Below, one piece after another: positions 34,779 through 43,692 of a stretch of 63,238 nt of DNA. This DNA comes from Solirubrobacterales bacterium (GTDB lineage: Bacteria; Actinomycetota; Thermoleophilia; Solirubrobacterales; 70-9). Where the stretch lies: NCBI GenBank assembly GCA_035707825.1, contig DASSTR010000046.1:1-63238 (forward strand), read 5' to 3'. The translations under genes and the position numbers were made by a program. Below the pieces are notes generated by a model. That model was given only the letters and a program-made list of their open reading frames with translations, had not been told where the DNA came from and did no database searches. Each line of letters opens with the position of its first letter. Position 1 is the stretch's first letter.

Positions 34779-36155
34779 ATGCTGTTTCGACAGGTCATCC
34801 ACGAGGATCTCGGCTGCGCCTCCTATCTGGTCGGCGACAGCAGCGCGGGCGTGGCAGCGGTGATCGATCCGCAGTGGGACATCGACCCCTACCTGCAGCT
34901 CAGCCGCCTGCACGGCGTGCGCATCGAGCACGTGCTGGAGACCCACAACCACGCCGACCACGTCTCGGGCCACGGGCGCCTCGTGCGGGCAACCGGCGCC
35001 ACCCTCCACATCAACAAGCTCGCCGAAGCCCAGTACGAGCACGAGCCGCTGGAAGACGGCTCGACCATCGAGCTGGGCGAGGGCGTGATCGTCGAGGCGA
35101 TCCACACCCCCGGCCATCGCCCCGAGCACACCAGCTTCCTGCTCCGCGACCGCAGCCGCGAAGACATCCCGGTGGCCGTCCTGAGTGGCGATTCGCTCTT
35201 CGTCGGCGACGTTGCCCGTCCCGACCTCGCGGTTGAGCCCCGCGAAGGGGCCGCCGATATCTTCCACTCGCTGCACGAGCGGCTGCTGGCGCTTCCCGAC
35301 GAGGTCGAGGTGTGGCCCGGCCACCTGGGAGGGTCGCTCTGCGGCAGCTCCGGGATAGACCACAAGACCTCCTCGACGATCGGCTTCGAGCGGCGACACA
35401 ACCGCGCGCTCGCCATCGGCGAGGAAGCCGACTTCATCGAGGACGCCGTCTCCAGCATCGGCGAGCGGCCGCCCAACGTCGCCTACATCGTCTCCCTCAA
35501 CCAGGGGCCGCTCGTCGACGCGATCGGGGCTCCTGCCCGGCTGGCCCCGCACGGCTTCGAGGCGGCGATCGCCGCCGGCGCCATCGCGGTCGACTCCCGC
35601 ACCAACGAGCAGTTCGACGAGGCCCACGTCCCGGGCTCGATCAGCGCCTCCGCCTACGACACCGGCTTCGCGACCAAGGTCGCCCAGGTCGTGCCTCCGG
35701 ACGCCGAGGTCGTGGTCGTCGCCGCCTCGGACGGCAACGAGCTCGAAGCGGCCGAGCTGCTCGCCGCCGTGGGGCTGCGCGTGCGCGGCTTCCTGGGCGG
35801 CGGCATGTCGGCGTGGCGGGCCGAGGATCGCCCCGTAGAGCGGATCGAGCCGATCGGACCCGAGCAACTGGCCGAGCGCCTCGAGGGCGGCGAGCCGCCG
35901 CTGGTGCTCGACGTGCGGCGCCCGAGCGAGTACGACCAGGGACACATCGACGGCTCGCTCCACATTCCCTACGGAGAGCTGGCGCGGCGCCTCGACGAGC
36001 TGCCCCGCGAGCGGCAGATCGCGACGATCTGCAAGGCCGGCGCGCGCAGCGGCCTCGCCGCCTCCATCCTGCAGCGCGAGGGCTTCGACGTCGTCCACGT
36101 CGCTCGCGGCGGGGTCGGCACCTGGCAGGCCGAAGGCCGCCCAGTCGCGGACTAG
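34779..36155 (+). CDS. MBL-fold persulfide-dioxygenase-like protein fused to two rhodanese domains
   Basis: ORF track. Metal motif ETHNHADHVSGH (HxHxDH). The second rhodanese domain has the active-site loop CKAGARS. Confidence 0.85.
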   Translation: MLFRQVIHEDLGCASYLVGDSSAGVAAVIDPQWDIDPYLQLSRLHGVRIEHVLETHNHADHVSGHGRLVRATGATLHINKLAEAQYEHEPLEDGSTIELGEGVIVEAIHTPGHRPEHTSFLLRDRSREDIPVAVLSGDSLFVGDVARPDLAVEPREGAADIFHSLHERLLALPDEVEVWPGHLGGSLCGSSGIDHKTSSTIGFERRHNRALAIGEEADFIEDAVSSIGERPPNVAYIVSLNQGPLVDAIGAPARLAPHGFEAAIAAGAIAVDSRTNEQFDEAHVPGSISASAYDTGFATKVAQVVPPDAEVVVVAASDGNELEAAELLAAVGLRVRGFLGGGMSAWRAEDRPVERIEPIGPEQLAERLEGGEPPLVLDVRRPSEYDQGHIDGSLHIPYGELARRLDELPRERQIATICKAGARSGLAASILQREGFDVVHVARGGVGTWQAEGRPVAD

Positions 36156-37390
36156 TAGCCGGCTGGGTGGCGGGCGATGAAGCCTTCGGTCGAGTCGACC
36201 GGTGAGGAGTGCCAGCGCGGTCCGGGGCCGCCGACGGTGTCGAAGGCGAGGCCGGCGATGATCGCCCAGGCGTGGCCGGCGTTGGCGTAGACGGTGATCC
36301 AGCGCCCCGGCCCCGGTTCGCCCCAGGTCGAGAGGCCGGTCGAGTCGAGGGGGCTTTCGAGGAAGCCGCCGCCGTGCAGGGCGAAGCTGACCGCGCCGGA
36401 GCAGTCATAGCCGGAGGATTCGAAGGAGCCGTGCCCGCCTCCCCAGATGTAGGGGGTGGTGGCGATCGAGTTGGCGGCTTCGATCGCGCCCTGGACGGCA
36501 GGCGGAGCCGCGCTCGGCACGCTGGCCTGGCTTTCGGAGATGTATTCGGCGCTCTCGCCCGGAGTCAGGGGTGCTGGAGTGCCGGCCGGCGCCGGGGCCC
36601 CCGAGCTGGCCAGCTGTTCGGAGATCGCGGAGAGGTTGTCGCTCAACGCCTGCGAGCGGGACTCGAGCTCTTCGAGGGCGCGGCGCCGCTCGGCCTGGGC
36701 GTCCTTCAGCTCGGCGAAGCGCTCCTCGGCCGCGGCCCGCGCCGATGCCGCTTCGCGCTCCTTGACGGCGATCGCATCGCGGGCCTGCTTGATCTGCAGG
36801 CGCGCGGCCGTCATCCGCTTCACCGCGGCGCGCACCTGGTCGCGCAGCGCCTCGACCCGCCCCGCGACCGAGTTGTCGTATTCCTGCACCTGGCTGATGT
36901 AGTCGGCGCGGACGGTCATCTCCGACCAGTTGGCGGAGTTCAGGACCACATTGAGCATGTCGGGATTGCCCGACTCATAGATCGCGACGAGGCGCTGGCT
37001 GAGCACGCCGAGCGCCCGGCGCAGGCGGGTCCGCACCCGCGCCAGGTGGCGCTTTTCCGCCTTCAGCTTCGCGGTTGCCCGGTCGAGCTCGGCCTGCTTG
37101 GCGGAGAGCTCGGCCTCGACCGCCGCCTGGCGCTGGCGCAGCTTCGAGACTTCGCCGAGCATCGAGTCGATGGCGGCGTTCTGCTCGGCGATCGTCGCGG
37201 AGAGCGAGCTTTCGCTCTCTTCCACCTTTTCCAACTTGCCCTGCGTGCTTTCGAGCTTTTCCCCCAGGGTCGCGGCCAGCGCAGCCGGGCCCGCCGCCAG
37301 CGCGCAGACGAACAGCAGCGCCAGCACGGCAATCAGCAGATGGCGCCGCTTTGCCGCGCCGGGGCTTGTCGCAGAGAAAAAAGGCCGCAT
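36152..37390 (-). CDS. Secreted coiled-coil NlpC/P60-type cell-wall hydrolase
   Basis: ORF track. Signal peptide LLIAVLALLFVCALAAGPAALA. About 250 aa of heptad-rich sequence. C-terminal segment TPYIWGGGHGSFESSGYDCSGAVSFAL carries the catalytic Cys. Confidence 0.8.
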   Translation of the reverse strand: MRPFFSATSPGAAKRRHLLIAVLALLFVCALAAGPAALAATLGEKLESTQGKLEKVEESESSLSATIAEQNAAIDSMLGEVSKLRQRQAAVEAELSAKQAELDRATAKLKAEKRHLARVRTRLRRALGVLSQRLVAIYESGNPDMLNVVLNSANWSEMTVRADYISQVQEYDNSVAGRVEALRDQVRAAVKRMTAARLQIKQARDAIAVKEREAASARAAAEERFAELKDAQAERRRALEELESRSQALSDNLSAISEQLASSGAPAPAGTPAPLTPGESAEYISESQASVPSAAPPAVQGAIEAANSIATTPYIWGGGHGSFESSGYDCSGAVSFALHGGGFLESPLDSTGLSTWGEPGPGRWITVYANAGHAWAIIAGLAFDTVGGPGPRWHSSPVDSTEGFIARHPAGY

Positions 37391-37460
37391 TGGGGGCCCG
37401 CTTGGAGGACCGAGACCAAGGTCAGGCGGGAGCGGCGCAGGCTAGCGAAATAGCCCTCTG

Positions 37461-37492
37461 AGTATTAGGAGTTGCTAATAACTTGCAACTCC
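37461..37492 (-). promoter_or_regulatory. Candidate promoter (-35 TTGCAA, -10 TAATAC/AATACT) overlapped by the inverted repeat GGAGTTGC-N9-GCAACTCC
   Basis: AT-rich islet. -35 at 37488-37483 and -10 at 37467-37461, with 15-16 nt spacing. Inverted-repeat arms are at 37468-37475 and 37485-37492. It lies about 75-100 nt upstream of the hydrolase ATG. Confidence 0.35.
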
Positions 37493-37572
37493 GGTTGCAG
37501 GCACGCCTGCCGGGCAGGAACCACGGCGCCTCTTGCGAAGCGCCGCTCCCGCCCGGCGGACGGCCTATGAAG

Positions 37573-37980
37573 CTAGGCGAGAAGCTTCGCCTTCGCCTGC
37601 TCGAACTCCTCGGAGGAGAGCGCGCCCTTCTCCTTCAACTCGTTGAGCTTGTGCAGCTCGTCGGCGGGAGAGCCGGCGTGTGCCTGCTCGCGGACGTATT
37701 CGTCGAAATGCGCTTTCGCATCCGCCTGCGCCTTGATCGTCCTTTCCCGCATCCCGTTGCCGCGGGCGATCAGATAGATCAGCGCGGTCAGGAACGGAAT
37801 GAAGACCAGGAACAGCACCCAGGCTGCCTTTCCCCAACCGGAGAGCTCGTGATCGCGGAAAAGGTCGCTGAAGATCGTGATCAGGATCCAGATCCAGATG
37901 ACGAAGAAGAAGATCTCGAGGCCTAGGAGCAGTGCCTCGCCCAGGCCGAAGTCAGCAAATACCACCTGAAGTCCTTTCAC
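37573..37980 (-). CDS. PLD-nuclease-N-terminal (PLDc_N) membrane domain fused to a SHOCT domain
   Basis: ORF track, GTG start. Two TM helices (FFFVIWIWILITIFSDLF..., WVLFLVFIPFLTALIYLI). C-terminal LHKLNELKEKGALSSEEFEQAKAKLL is a SHOCT motif. Confidence 0.75.
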   Translation of the reverse strand: MKGLQVVFADFGLGEALLLGLEIFFFVIWIWILITIFSDLFRDHELSGWGKAAWVLFLVFIPFLTALIYLIARGNGMRERTIKAQADAKAHFDEYVREQAHAGSPADELHKLNELKEKGALSSEEFEQAKAKLLA

Positions 37981-38030
37981 CAGATTGATAGGCCGCGACC
38001 GAAACCCCGGTCACGTGGGCCTACGCTATC

Positions 38031-38408
38031 TCAGCGGACGACGATCGTGCCGTGCATGAAGGGGTGGATCTTGCAGTGGTAGCTGAACGTCCCCTTCTTG
38101 GTGAAGCGAACGGCGACCGAGCGGCCGGGCTTGATCCCGCGCGTGTCGAAGGCCCCCGCGCGGGTCGCGGTATGGGCGACCCCGGAGGTGTTGGCGAAGG
38201 TGACCCGGGTCCCCTTGGCCACGGTGAGCGTCGGCGGGCGGAACTTGTAGTTGGCGATCGTCACCTTGGCGGTGGCGCTGGTCGTGGCCGTCGGGCCTGC
38301 TGCCGCCTCTGAGCTGGCCCGCAATGCGAGCAGCAGGGCCGCGGCGACCGCGGCGCAGGCGATTGCTGCTCGGGCGGCGCGGCTCAGGTGACGGACGGTA
38401 CCCTCCAT
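38031..38408 (-). CDS. Secreted cupredoxin (type-1 copper protein)
   Basis: ORF track. Signal peptide. Copper ligands at GVAHTA ... YHCKIHPFMHG (H, C, H, M). Confidence 0.8.
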   Translation of the reverse strand: MEGTVRHLSRAARAAIACAAVAAALLLALRASSEAAAGPTATTSATAKVTIANYKFRPPTLTVAKGTRVTFANTSGVAHTATRAGAFDTRGIKPGRSVAVRFTKKGTFSYHCKIHPFMHGTIVVR

Positions 38409-38468
38409 TTGGACGTGTCTACGCAGCGGACGCGCCCGAGGTTCAAAGAAAGAGAAGCCGTTTCGGGG

Positions 38469-39224
38469 TCAGCCGCCGGCGGCGAGACGCTGCGCGAACA
38501 GCACCGCGGCGACCGAGGTGGCGAGGTTGAGGCTGGAGACGCCGGCGCGCATGGGAATGCCGAGCCGGGCATCGGCGCGGCCCAGCAGGTCGTCGCTCAG
38601 CCCGTGGCGCTCGGTCCCGAAGGCGAGGATCGCGCGGGGCGGCACCTCGCCGGGGCGCAGGTCCTCCCCACCCGGGTCGATCGCGATCAGCGGACGGTCG
38701 CCGTGCGGCGGCTCGCCGACGGCGGCGACCGGCAGGGCGAAGTGGAGGCCCGCGGCGCCTCGCAACGCGTCGGGGTGCCAGGGATCGTTGCCGCCGGTGG
38801 TGAGGACGCCGGCCGCATCGGCCGCGGCGGCCACCCGCACGCAGGCTCCCAGATTGCCCATCGTGCGCGGGTCCTCCAGCAGCACCAGCGGCGCCGGCCC
38901 CGCGGCGGCGAGGACCAGATCGACGTCGACCACCAGCCGGCGGGCGATCGCGACGACCCCGGTGCGGGGCGCCTGCGGGACGAGCTCGGCAAGCACGTCG
39001 GCTTCGACGGGGCTCACTCGCCCGGCCAGCGAGCCGGCCAGGTCCGGGGCCAACTCGGCGGCGAGGGCGGCGAGCTCGGAGGGGTCCGAGCAGACAGCCT
39101 CGGTCACCTCGGCGCCGAAGCGCAGTGCGTGCTTGAGCGCGTGAAAGCCCTCCAGCACAGCCAGGTCGGGGTCGCGGCGCGCGGCGCGGTAGCGGCGCAC
39201 CAGCGCGGCGGCCTCAGGCTCCAC
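38469..39224 (-). CDS. TrmH/SpoU-family RNA 2'-O-methyltransferase
   Basis: ORF track, GTG start. Segments LLEDPRTMGNLGACVR, LAFGTERHGLS and IPMRAGVSSLNLATSVAAVLF. It overlaps the upstream MCO gene by 11 nt. Confidence 0.85.
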   Translation of the reverse strand: MEPEAAALVRRYRAARRDPDLAVLEGFHALKHALRFGAEVTEAVCSDPSELAALAAELAPDLAGSLAGRVSPVEADVLAELVPQAPRTGVVAIARRLVVDVDLVLAAAGPAPLVLLEDPRTMGNLGACVRVAAAADAAGVLTTGGNDPWHPDALRGAAGLHFALPVAAVGEPPHGDRPLIAIDPGGEDLRPGEVPPRAILAFGTERHGLSDDLLGRADARLGIPMRAGVSSLNLATSVAAVLFAQRLAAGG

Positions 39225-40875
39225 TTGCCTTCGACTTCCCGGGCGCTATGACCTCGAACTGCGTCATCAGGCCATGGTCCTCGTGATCGAACATGTGACA
39301 GTGGATGACGAATTTGCCGGTGTAGTCGCTGAAGTGGCCGGCAACCAGGATGCGTTCGCCGGGATAGACGAAGAAAGTCTCCTTGAGGCAATCTTCCCAG
39401 GGCGGCGGCGGCTTGCCGTCGCGAGAGAGCAGGTACCAGTCGGTGTGGTGCATGTGCATCATGTGGGCGACCCCGGTGCGGTTGACGATCTCCCAGGTCT
39501 CGGTGGTGCCCAGCACGGGGAAGGCATCCGCGCGGGCGGGGTTGTATTTCCTGCCGTTGATCAGCCAGGTGGTCTTGAAGAGGCCGCCGATCGAGATCGT
39601 CCAGGTCCTGTCCGGCTTTGGCGAGGCGTGCTTCGTCCAACCCGGCAGTGGCCGCAGCCGCCGCGGCACCCTGGTCCTGTCCAGCAGGCGCTCTGAGCCG
39701 ACCCGGAACTGCATCAGCGCCCCGGTGTAGGGACGGCTGCCGGGCCCGTGGCGGCCGTCGTGGCGGGGGACGCTCCGCAGCTCCACCGACTGGCCCCTCG
39801 CCGGGCCGAAGTCGACGATGACCTCGGCCCGCTCCGCCGGCCCGAGCAGGACCTCGCGGCGGCGCACCGGCCTCGGCATCAGGCCGCTGTCGGTGGCGAT
39901 CTGCACCATCGGCGCGCCGTTGGAGAGGCTGAGGTTGTAGGGGCGGAAGTGGGAGACGTTGAGCAGGCGCAGTCGGTAGCGCCGTCCGCTGACGCGGTGG
40001 TGCGGCAGGTAGGCGCCGTTGACGAGGACCCGCCCGCCGAGCACCCCGTCGGCGGGCGGCTGACGACCGGTGAAGGGATCGGCGAGCTGGTTGTGGCGAT
40101 CGAAGGAGCGGTCGGCGATCATCAGCGGGATGTCGCGCTCGCCGGCCGGCAGCGGCAGGGACTGCTCGAACCCGTCCTCGAGGATCCACATTCCCGCCAG
40201 CCCGTGCCAGACGTTGCGAGCGCTGTGGTCGAGGCGATGGTCGTGGTACCACTGAAACGCGGCCCGCTCCGGCCGCCCGTCCTCGACAAGGTCGTAGACG
40301 TAGGTCCGCCGGCCGCCGGGCTCGATCAGCAGGTCGTTGCCCGACTTGCGCGGAGAGAGGCCGCTGGGGATGTCGCAGTAGAAGGACTTCGGATGCGAGG
40401 AGGTCAGGCCGCCCGGCTGCCCGTCGAACTTGGAACGCGTGTGGCCGCCGTGCAGGTGGACGGTCAGCTCGCCCACCTCGGGCGGCAGCCGATGCAGGAA
40501 CGTGACCTTCGTGCGGTGGCCCGAAGGGCGCCTGATCGTCGGGCCGGGGAACGTCCCGTCGTAGGTCCAGAGCCGCGTCTTGGGCCCTGGGAGGATCTGC
40601 GCCTCAGCCTCCCGGATCGGGATCGTCAGATCGTCGCCGCGCAGCTCCCGGGGTATCGGCAGCGCGGACCCGAATGGGGTCCCGGCGCGATCGCGGCCGA
40701 CCCGGGTGCCCGGCGCCGCCAGGCCCCAGGAGCGAGCCTGCAGCGGCACCAGCGCCGCAAGCGCGCCACCGCCCAGGGCGCCGAGAAACGACCGGCGCCC
40801 CAGGCGGGGCGTGGATGAATGCGAGCCCTCCGTCGCTATCCGGCGGGAAGGACGTTGATCGAGCCGCGCATCCAC
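39214..40875 (-). CDS. Tat-exported multicopper oxidase (laccase/CueO-like)
   Basis: ORF-track frame 39214..41016. I propose the GTG at 40875 so that the Tat motif GRRSFLGALGGGALAAL sits near the N-terminus. Copper motifs HLHGGH, WYHDH, HMHH and HCHMFDHEDHGLM. Confidence 0.85.
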   Translation of the reverse strand: MDARLDQRPSRRIATEGSHSSTPRLGRRSFLGALGGGALAALVPLQARSWGLAAPGTRVGRDRAGTPFGSALPIPRELRGDDLTIPIREAEAQILPGPKTRLWTYDGTFPGPTIRRPSGHRTKVTFLHRLPPEVGELTVHLHGGHTRSKFDGQPGGLTSSHPKSFYCDIPSGLSPRKSGNDLLIEPGGRRTYVYDLVEDGRPERAAFQWYHDHRLDHSARNVWHGLAGMWILEDGFEQSLPLPAGERDIPLMIADRSFDRHNQLADPFTGRQPPADGVLGGRVLVNGAYLPHHRVSGRRYRLRLLNVSHFRPYNLSLSNGAPMVQIATDSGLMPRPVRRREVLLGPAERAEVIVDFGPARGQSVELRSVPRHDGRHGPGSRPYTGALMQFRVGSERLLDRTRVPRRLRPLPGWTKHASPKPDRTWTISIGGLFKTTWLINGRKYNPARADAFPVLGTTETWEIVNRTGVAHMMHMHHTDWYLLSRDGKPPPPWEDCLKETFFVYPGERILVAGHFSDYTGKFVIHCHMFDHEDHGLMTQFEVIAPGKSKASGA

Positions 40876-41441
40876 GGATGAATCGCGCAGAGGAAGTAGA
40901 TCCGCTGCGCTCCGGCGGTGGTGTCCACCGTCACCTGCTGCACGATCGAGGTGCCTGGCTTCTCGCCGGTGAACCAGGAATCGCCCTTCGTAGTCAGGCT
41001 GCCAAGGGTGTCCCAACCGGCGGCGCCCGCCTCAGCCGGGTTTTCCTTTACCGGGCCGTTGCCCTTGACGCCGTGCCAGTTGGCGATCGCCTTACAGATA
41101 TGGCCCTTGGTAAAGCAGATCTTCTGCGCCTTGTGCGTCTTCGGGAGCGAGCCTTTGGTGACCAGCGAGAAGGTATGCGGGCCGACCTTGTGGGGATCGG
41201 TCTCGTTGACGACCTTCAGCTCTTCGCCCGCCGTGACCGAGCTGGGCGCGACGAAGCGAAGGCCTTTCTTGCCGTCCTTGATGTAGACGGTGGGGACGCT
41301 CCCCGGGGTCGTGGCCGTGGCTTCCGAGCCATAGGCGCCGATCGCCAGGGCCGGCACGATCGCGCCGAGCGCGATCAGCGCCATCACCGCAGCCGCCAGC
41401 CCGATCTTCCGGGAGGCGCTGGCTGTTTTACGTGCTTTCAC
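40836..41441 (-). CDS. Secreted cupredoxin-like protein
   Basis: ORF-track frame 40836..41717. I propose the GTG at 41441 (VKARKTASASRKIGLAAAVMALIALGAIVPALA, a signal/anchor), preceded by GGAAAGGAA. Likely type-1 copper ligands GPHTF ... FLCAIHPWMRG. Confidence 0.7.
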   Translation of the reverse strand: MKARKTASASRKIGLAAAVMALIALGAIVPALAIGAYGSEATATTPGSVPTVYIKDGKKGLRFVAPSSVTAGEELKVVNETDPHKVGPHTFSLVTKGSLPKTHKAQKICFTKGHICKAIANWHGVKGNGPVKENPAEAGAAGWDTLGSLTTKGDSWFTGEKPGTSIVQQVTVDTTAGAQRIYFLCAIHPWMRGSINVLPAG

Positions 41442-41543
41442 GAAGCGATTCCTTTCCGCGCCGAGCCGAAAAAACCGCCCCCGACACTGAAGTTTGCGAA
41501 GCGCGCAAATTAGCAAGGACGGAAGCGGCGGTAGCCTCCCCCA

Positions 41544-41921
41544 ATGGCCGCCTTCCTCCACACCTGCTACCGGATCGGCGACATCGATCGCTCGGTTGCC
41601 TTCTACGAGCAGATCGGATTCGAGGAGCGGCGGCGAATGCCGATCGGCGACGAGGCGATCAACATCTTCATGGGACTGCCGGGCGAGGACCCGAGGCTCG
41701 AGCTCACCTATAACCACGGCGTCGACTCATACGACCTCGGCAGCGGCTACAACCACATCGCGATCGGCGTCGACGACCTCGATGCGACGCTCGAGCGACT
41801 CGCCTCCCTCGGCATCGAGCCCGAAAAGCCGCCCTACCGCCCCGGCGGCCGCACCGAGGGCCACCGCATCTGCTTCCTCCGCGACCCCGACGGCTACCGC
41901 ATCGAGCTGATCGGGCAGTAG
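41544..41921 (+). CDS. gloA: Glyoxalase I / VOC-family lactoylglutathione lyase
   Basis: ORF track. Segments LHTCYRIGDIDRSVAFYE, LELTYNHG, NHIAIGVDD and HRICFLRDPDGYRIELI. Confidence 0.85.
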   Translation: MAAFLHTCYRIGDIDRSVAFYEQIGFEERRRMPIGDEAINIFMGLPGEDPRLELTYNHGVDSYDLGSGYNHIAIGVDDLDATLERLASLGIEPEKPPYRPGGRTEGHRICFLRDPDGYRIELIGQ

Positions 41922-41992
41922 CCCCGGAATCCGCGGCTGCCGCACGGCGCGTTAGGCTGCCAGCGCTCATCGGGGAGAAAGGGAGAGGAAAC

Positions 41993-42349
41993 GTGAAACT
42001 CGTGATCGGCGTCGTGCGCCCGGAGAAGGCGAATGACGTCTTGGAGGCCCTTTACCGGGCCGAGGTGCGCGGAGTGTCGATCAGCCGCGTCCAGGGCCAT
42101 GGCGGCGAGCTCGAGCGGGTCGAGACCTATCGCGGCACGACAGTGAAGATGGGGCTCGCCGAGAAGGTGCGCTTTGAGATCGCGGTCTCCGATTCCTTCG
42201 TCGACGCGACCATCGAAGCTCTCTGCGAGGGGGCGCGAACCGGCGAAGTCGGCGACGGCAAGATCTTCGTCGTCCCGCTCGAGAAGGCGGTGCGGATCCG
42301 CACCGGTGAGACCGACAGCGGCGCCGTGACGCCGGTTGGGAAGGAATGA
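41993..42349 (+). CDS. glnK: P-II nitrogen regulatory protein
   Basis: ORF track, GTG start. T-loop ...QGHGGELERVETYRGTTV with the conserved Tyr. C-terminal GDGKIFVVPLEKAVRIRTGE. Confidence 0.92.
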   Translation: MKLVIGVVRPEKANDVLEALYRAEVRGVSISRVQGHGGELERVETYRGTTVKMGLAEKVRFEIAVSDSFVDATIEALCEGARTGEVGDGKIFVVPLEKAVRIRTGETDSGAVTPVGKE

Positions 42350-43674
42350 CGATGCCGATCTTCGCCGCCGCATCCCAGATCGACACCGGCGACACCGCCT
42401 GGATGATCGTCGCCACCGCGCTGGTGTTGATGATGACCCCCGCGCTCGGCCTCTTCTACGCCGGCCTGGTGCGCGCCAAGAACACCCTCAACACGTTCAT
42501 GATGTGCATCGCCGCGATCGCCGTCGCAACGGTCACCTGGGCGCTGATCGGCTACTCGCTCGCCTTCGACGGCCACGCCAGCCTGATCGGCGGCCTCAAC
42601 TACGCCGGGCTGCACGATGTCGGCTTTACGCCCCGGGAAGGGACCACCATCCCCCACCTCCTCTTCTTCGCCTTCCAGGCCACGTTCTGCATCATCACCG
42701 TGGCGCTGATCTCGGGTGCCGTAGTAGAGCGCATGCGCTTCGGCGCCTTCCTCGTCTTCGCGGCCCTCTGGTCGGTCGTCGTCTACGCGGTCCTGGCCCA
42801 CTGGGCGTTTGGCGGCGGCTGGCTCTCGGCCGGCGGCACCCTCGACTTCGCCGGCGGCGTGCCGGTCGAGATGGGCTCCGGCTTCTCCGCCCTCGCCGCC
42901 GCCCTGATCGTCGGCGCGCGCAAGGACTACGCGCGCCAGGCGCTGCTGCCCCACAACGCGGTCTTCGTCCTCCTCGGCGCCGGCCTGCTCTGGTTCGGCT
43001 GGTTCGGCTTCAACGGCGGCAGCGGCTTCTCGACCGGCGACCCCAGCATCCTCGCCTTCACGAACACGCTCCTGACTCCGGCGTGCTCGCTGGTCACCTG
43101 GTTCGCGCTCGACCTGATCCGGGGCCGCAAAGTGACGGCGATCGGGGCCGCGACGGCGATCATCGTCGGCTGCGTGCTGATCACCCCGGCAGGGGGCTTC
43201 GTCAGCCCCGGCTGGGCGATGGCGCTCGGCTTCCTGGGCGCCCTGCCCTGCTACGTGGCGATCGTCTGGCGCCCCCGCACCCGGGTCGACGAGACCCTCG
43301 ACGTGCTCGCCGCGCACGGCGTCGCCGGCTTCACCGGAATCCTCTTCATCGGCTTCGCCGCCCAGGCAAGCTGGAACGGCGTCTCCGACGGCCTCTTCTA
43401 CGGCAACCTGTCGCAGCTCGGCGACCAGGCGCTGGCCGCCCTGGCCGCCCCCGCCTATGCGTTCGGGATGACCTTCGTGCTGCTGAAGCTGGTCGGCGCT
43501 GTGATGCCGCTGCGCTCCACCGAGCGCGAGGAGGCGCTGGGCATGGACGTCACCCACCACGGCGAGGAGGCCTACGTGACCGGCGAGGGCGCGATCCTCG
43601 TCATGCCCGACACGCGCGAGGGCGAAACAGTCGCCAACGCGGGAGTCGGGCCGAGCCCAAGCCCGGAGGTGTAG
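42346..43674 (+). CDS. amt: Ammonium transporter (Amt family)
   Basis: ORF track. ATGA overlap with glnK. 11 TM helices. Segments DTAWMIVATALVLMMTPALGLFYAGLVR, FQATFCIIT and LDVLAAHGVAGFTG. Confidence 0.93.
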   Translation: MTMPIFAAASQIDTGDTAWMIVATALVLMMTPALGLFYAGLVRAKNTLNTFMMCIAAIAVATVTWALIGYSLAFDGHASLIGGLNYAGLHDVGFTPREGTTIPHLLFFAFQATFCIITVALISGAVVERMRFGAFLVFAALWSVVVYAVLAHWAFGGGWLSAGGTLDFAGGVPVEMGSGFSALAAALIVGARKDYARQALLPHNAVFVLLGAGLLWFGWFGFNGGSGFSTGDPSILAFTNTLLTPACSLVTWFALDLIRGRKVTAIGAATAIIVGCVLITPAGGFVSPGWAMALGFLGALPCYVAIVWRPRTRVDETLDVLAAHGVAGFTGILFIGFAAQASWNGVSDGLFYGNLSQLGDQALAALAAPAYAFGMTFVLLKLVGAVMPLRSTEREEALGMDVTHHGEEAYVTGEGAILVMPDTREGETVANAGVGPSPSPEV

Positions 43675-43692
43675 CGCCCCGGCGCGACGACG

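Noticed and set aside
37391-37572. A ydaO (c-di-AMP) riboswitch upstream of the NlpC/P60 hydrolase.
   Set aside because: Reading the minus-strand leader I could not find the conserved cores (ACGGGGGA..., CCGACAGCTAACCTCG-like). Only an Infernal scan could settle this, so I do not claim a riboswitch.
41922-41992. A GlnR box upstream of glnK-amt, and copper-regulator operators (CsoR/CopY/CueR-like) near 41442-41543.
   Set aside because: I could not match the spacers to the consensus patterns I remember. Only a short TTTGCG-N5-CGCAAA dyad at 41492-41508 is visible. That evidence is too weak to annotate.
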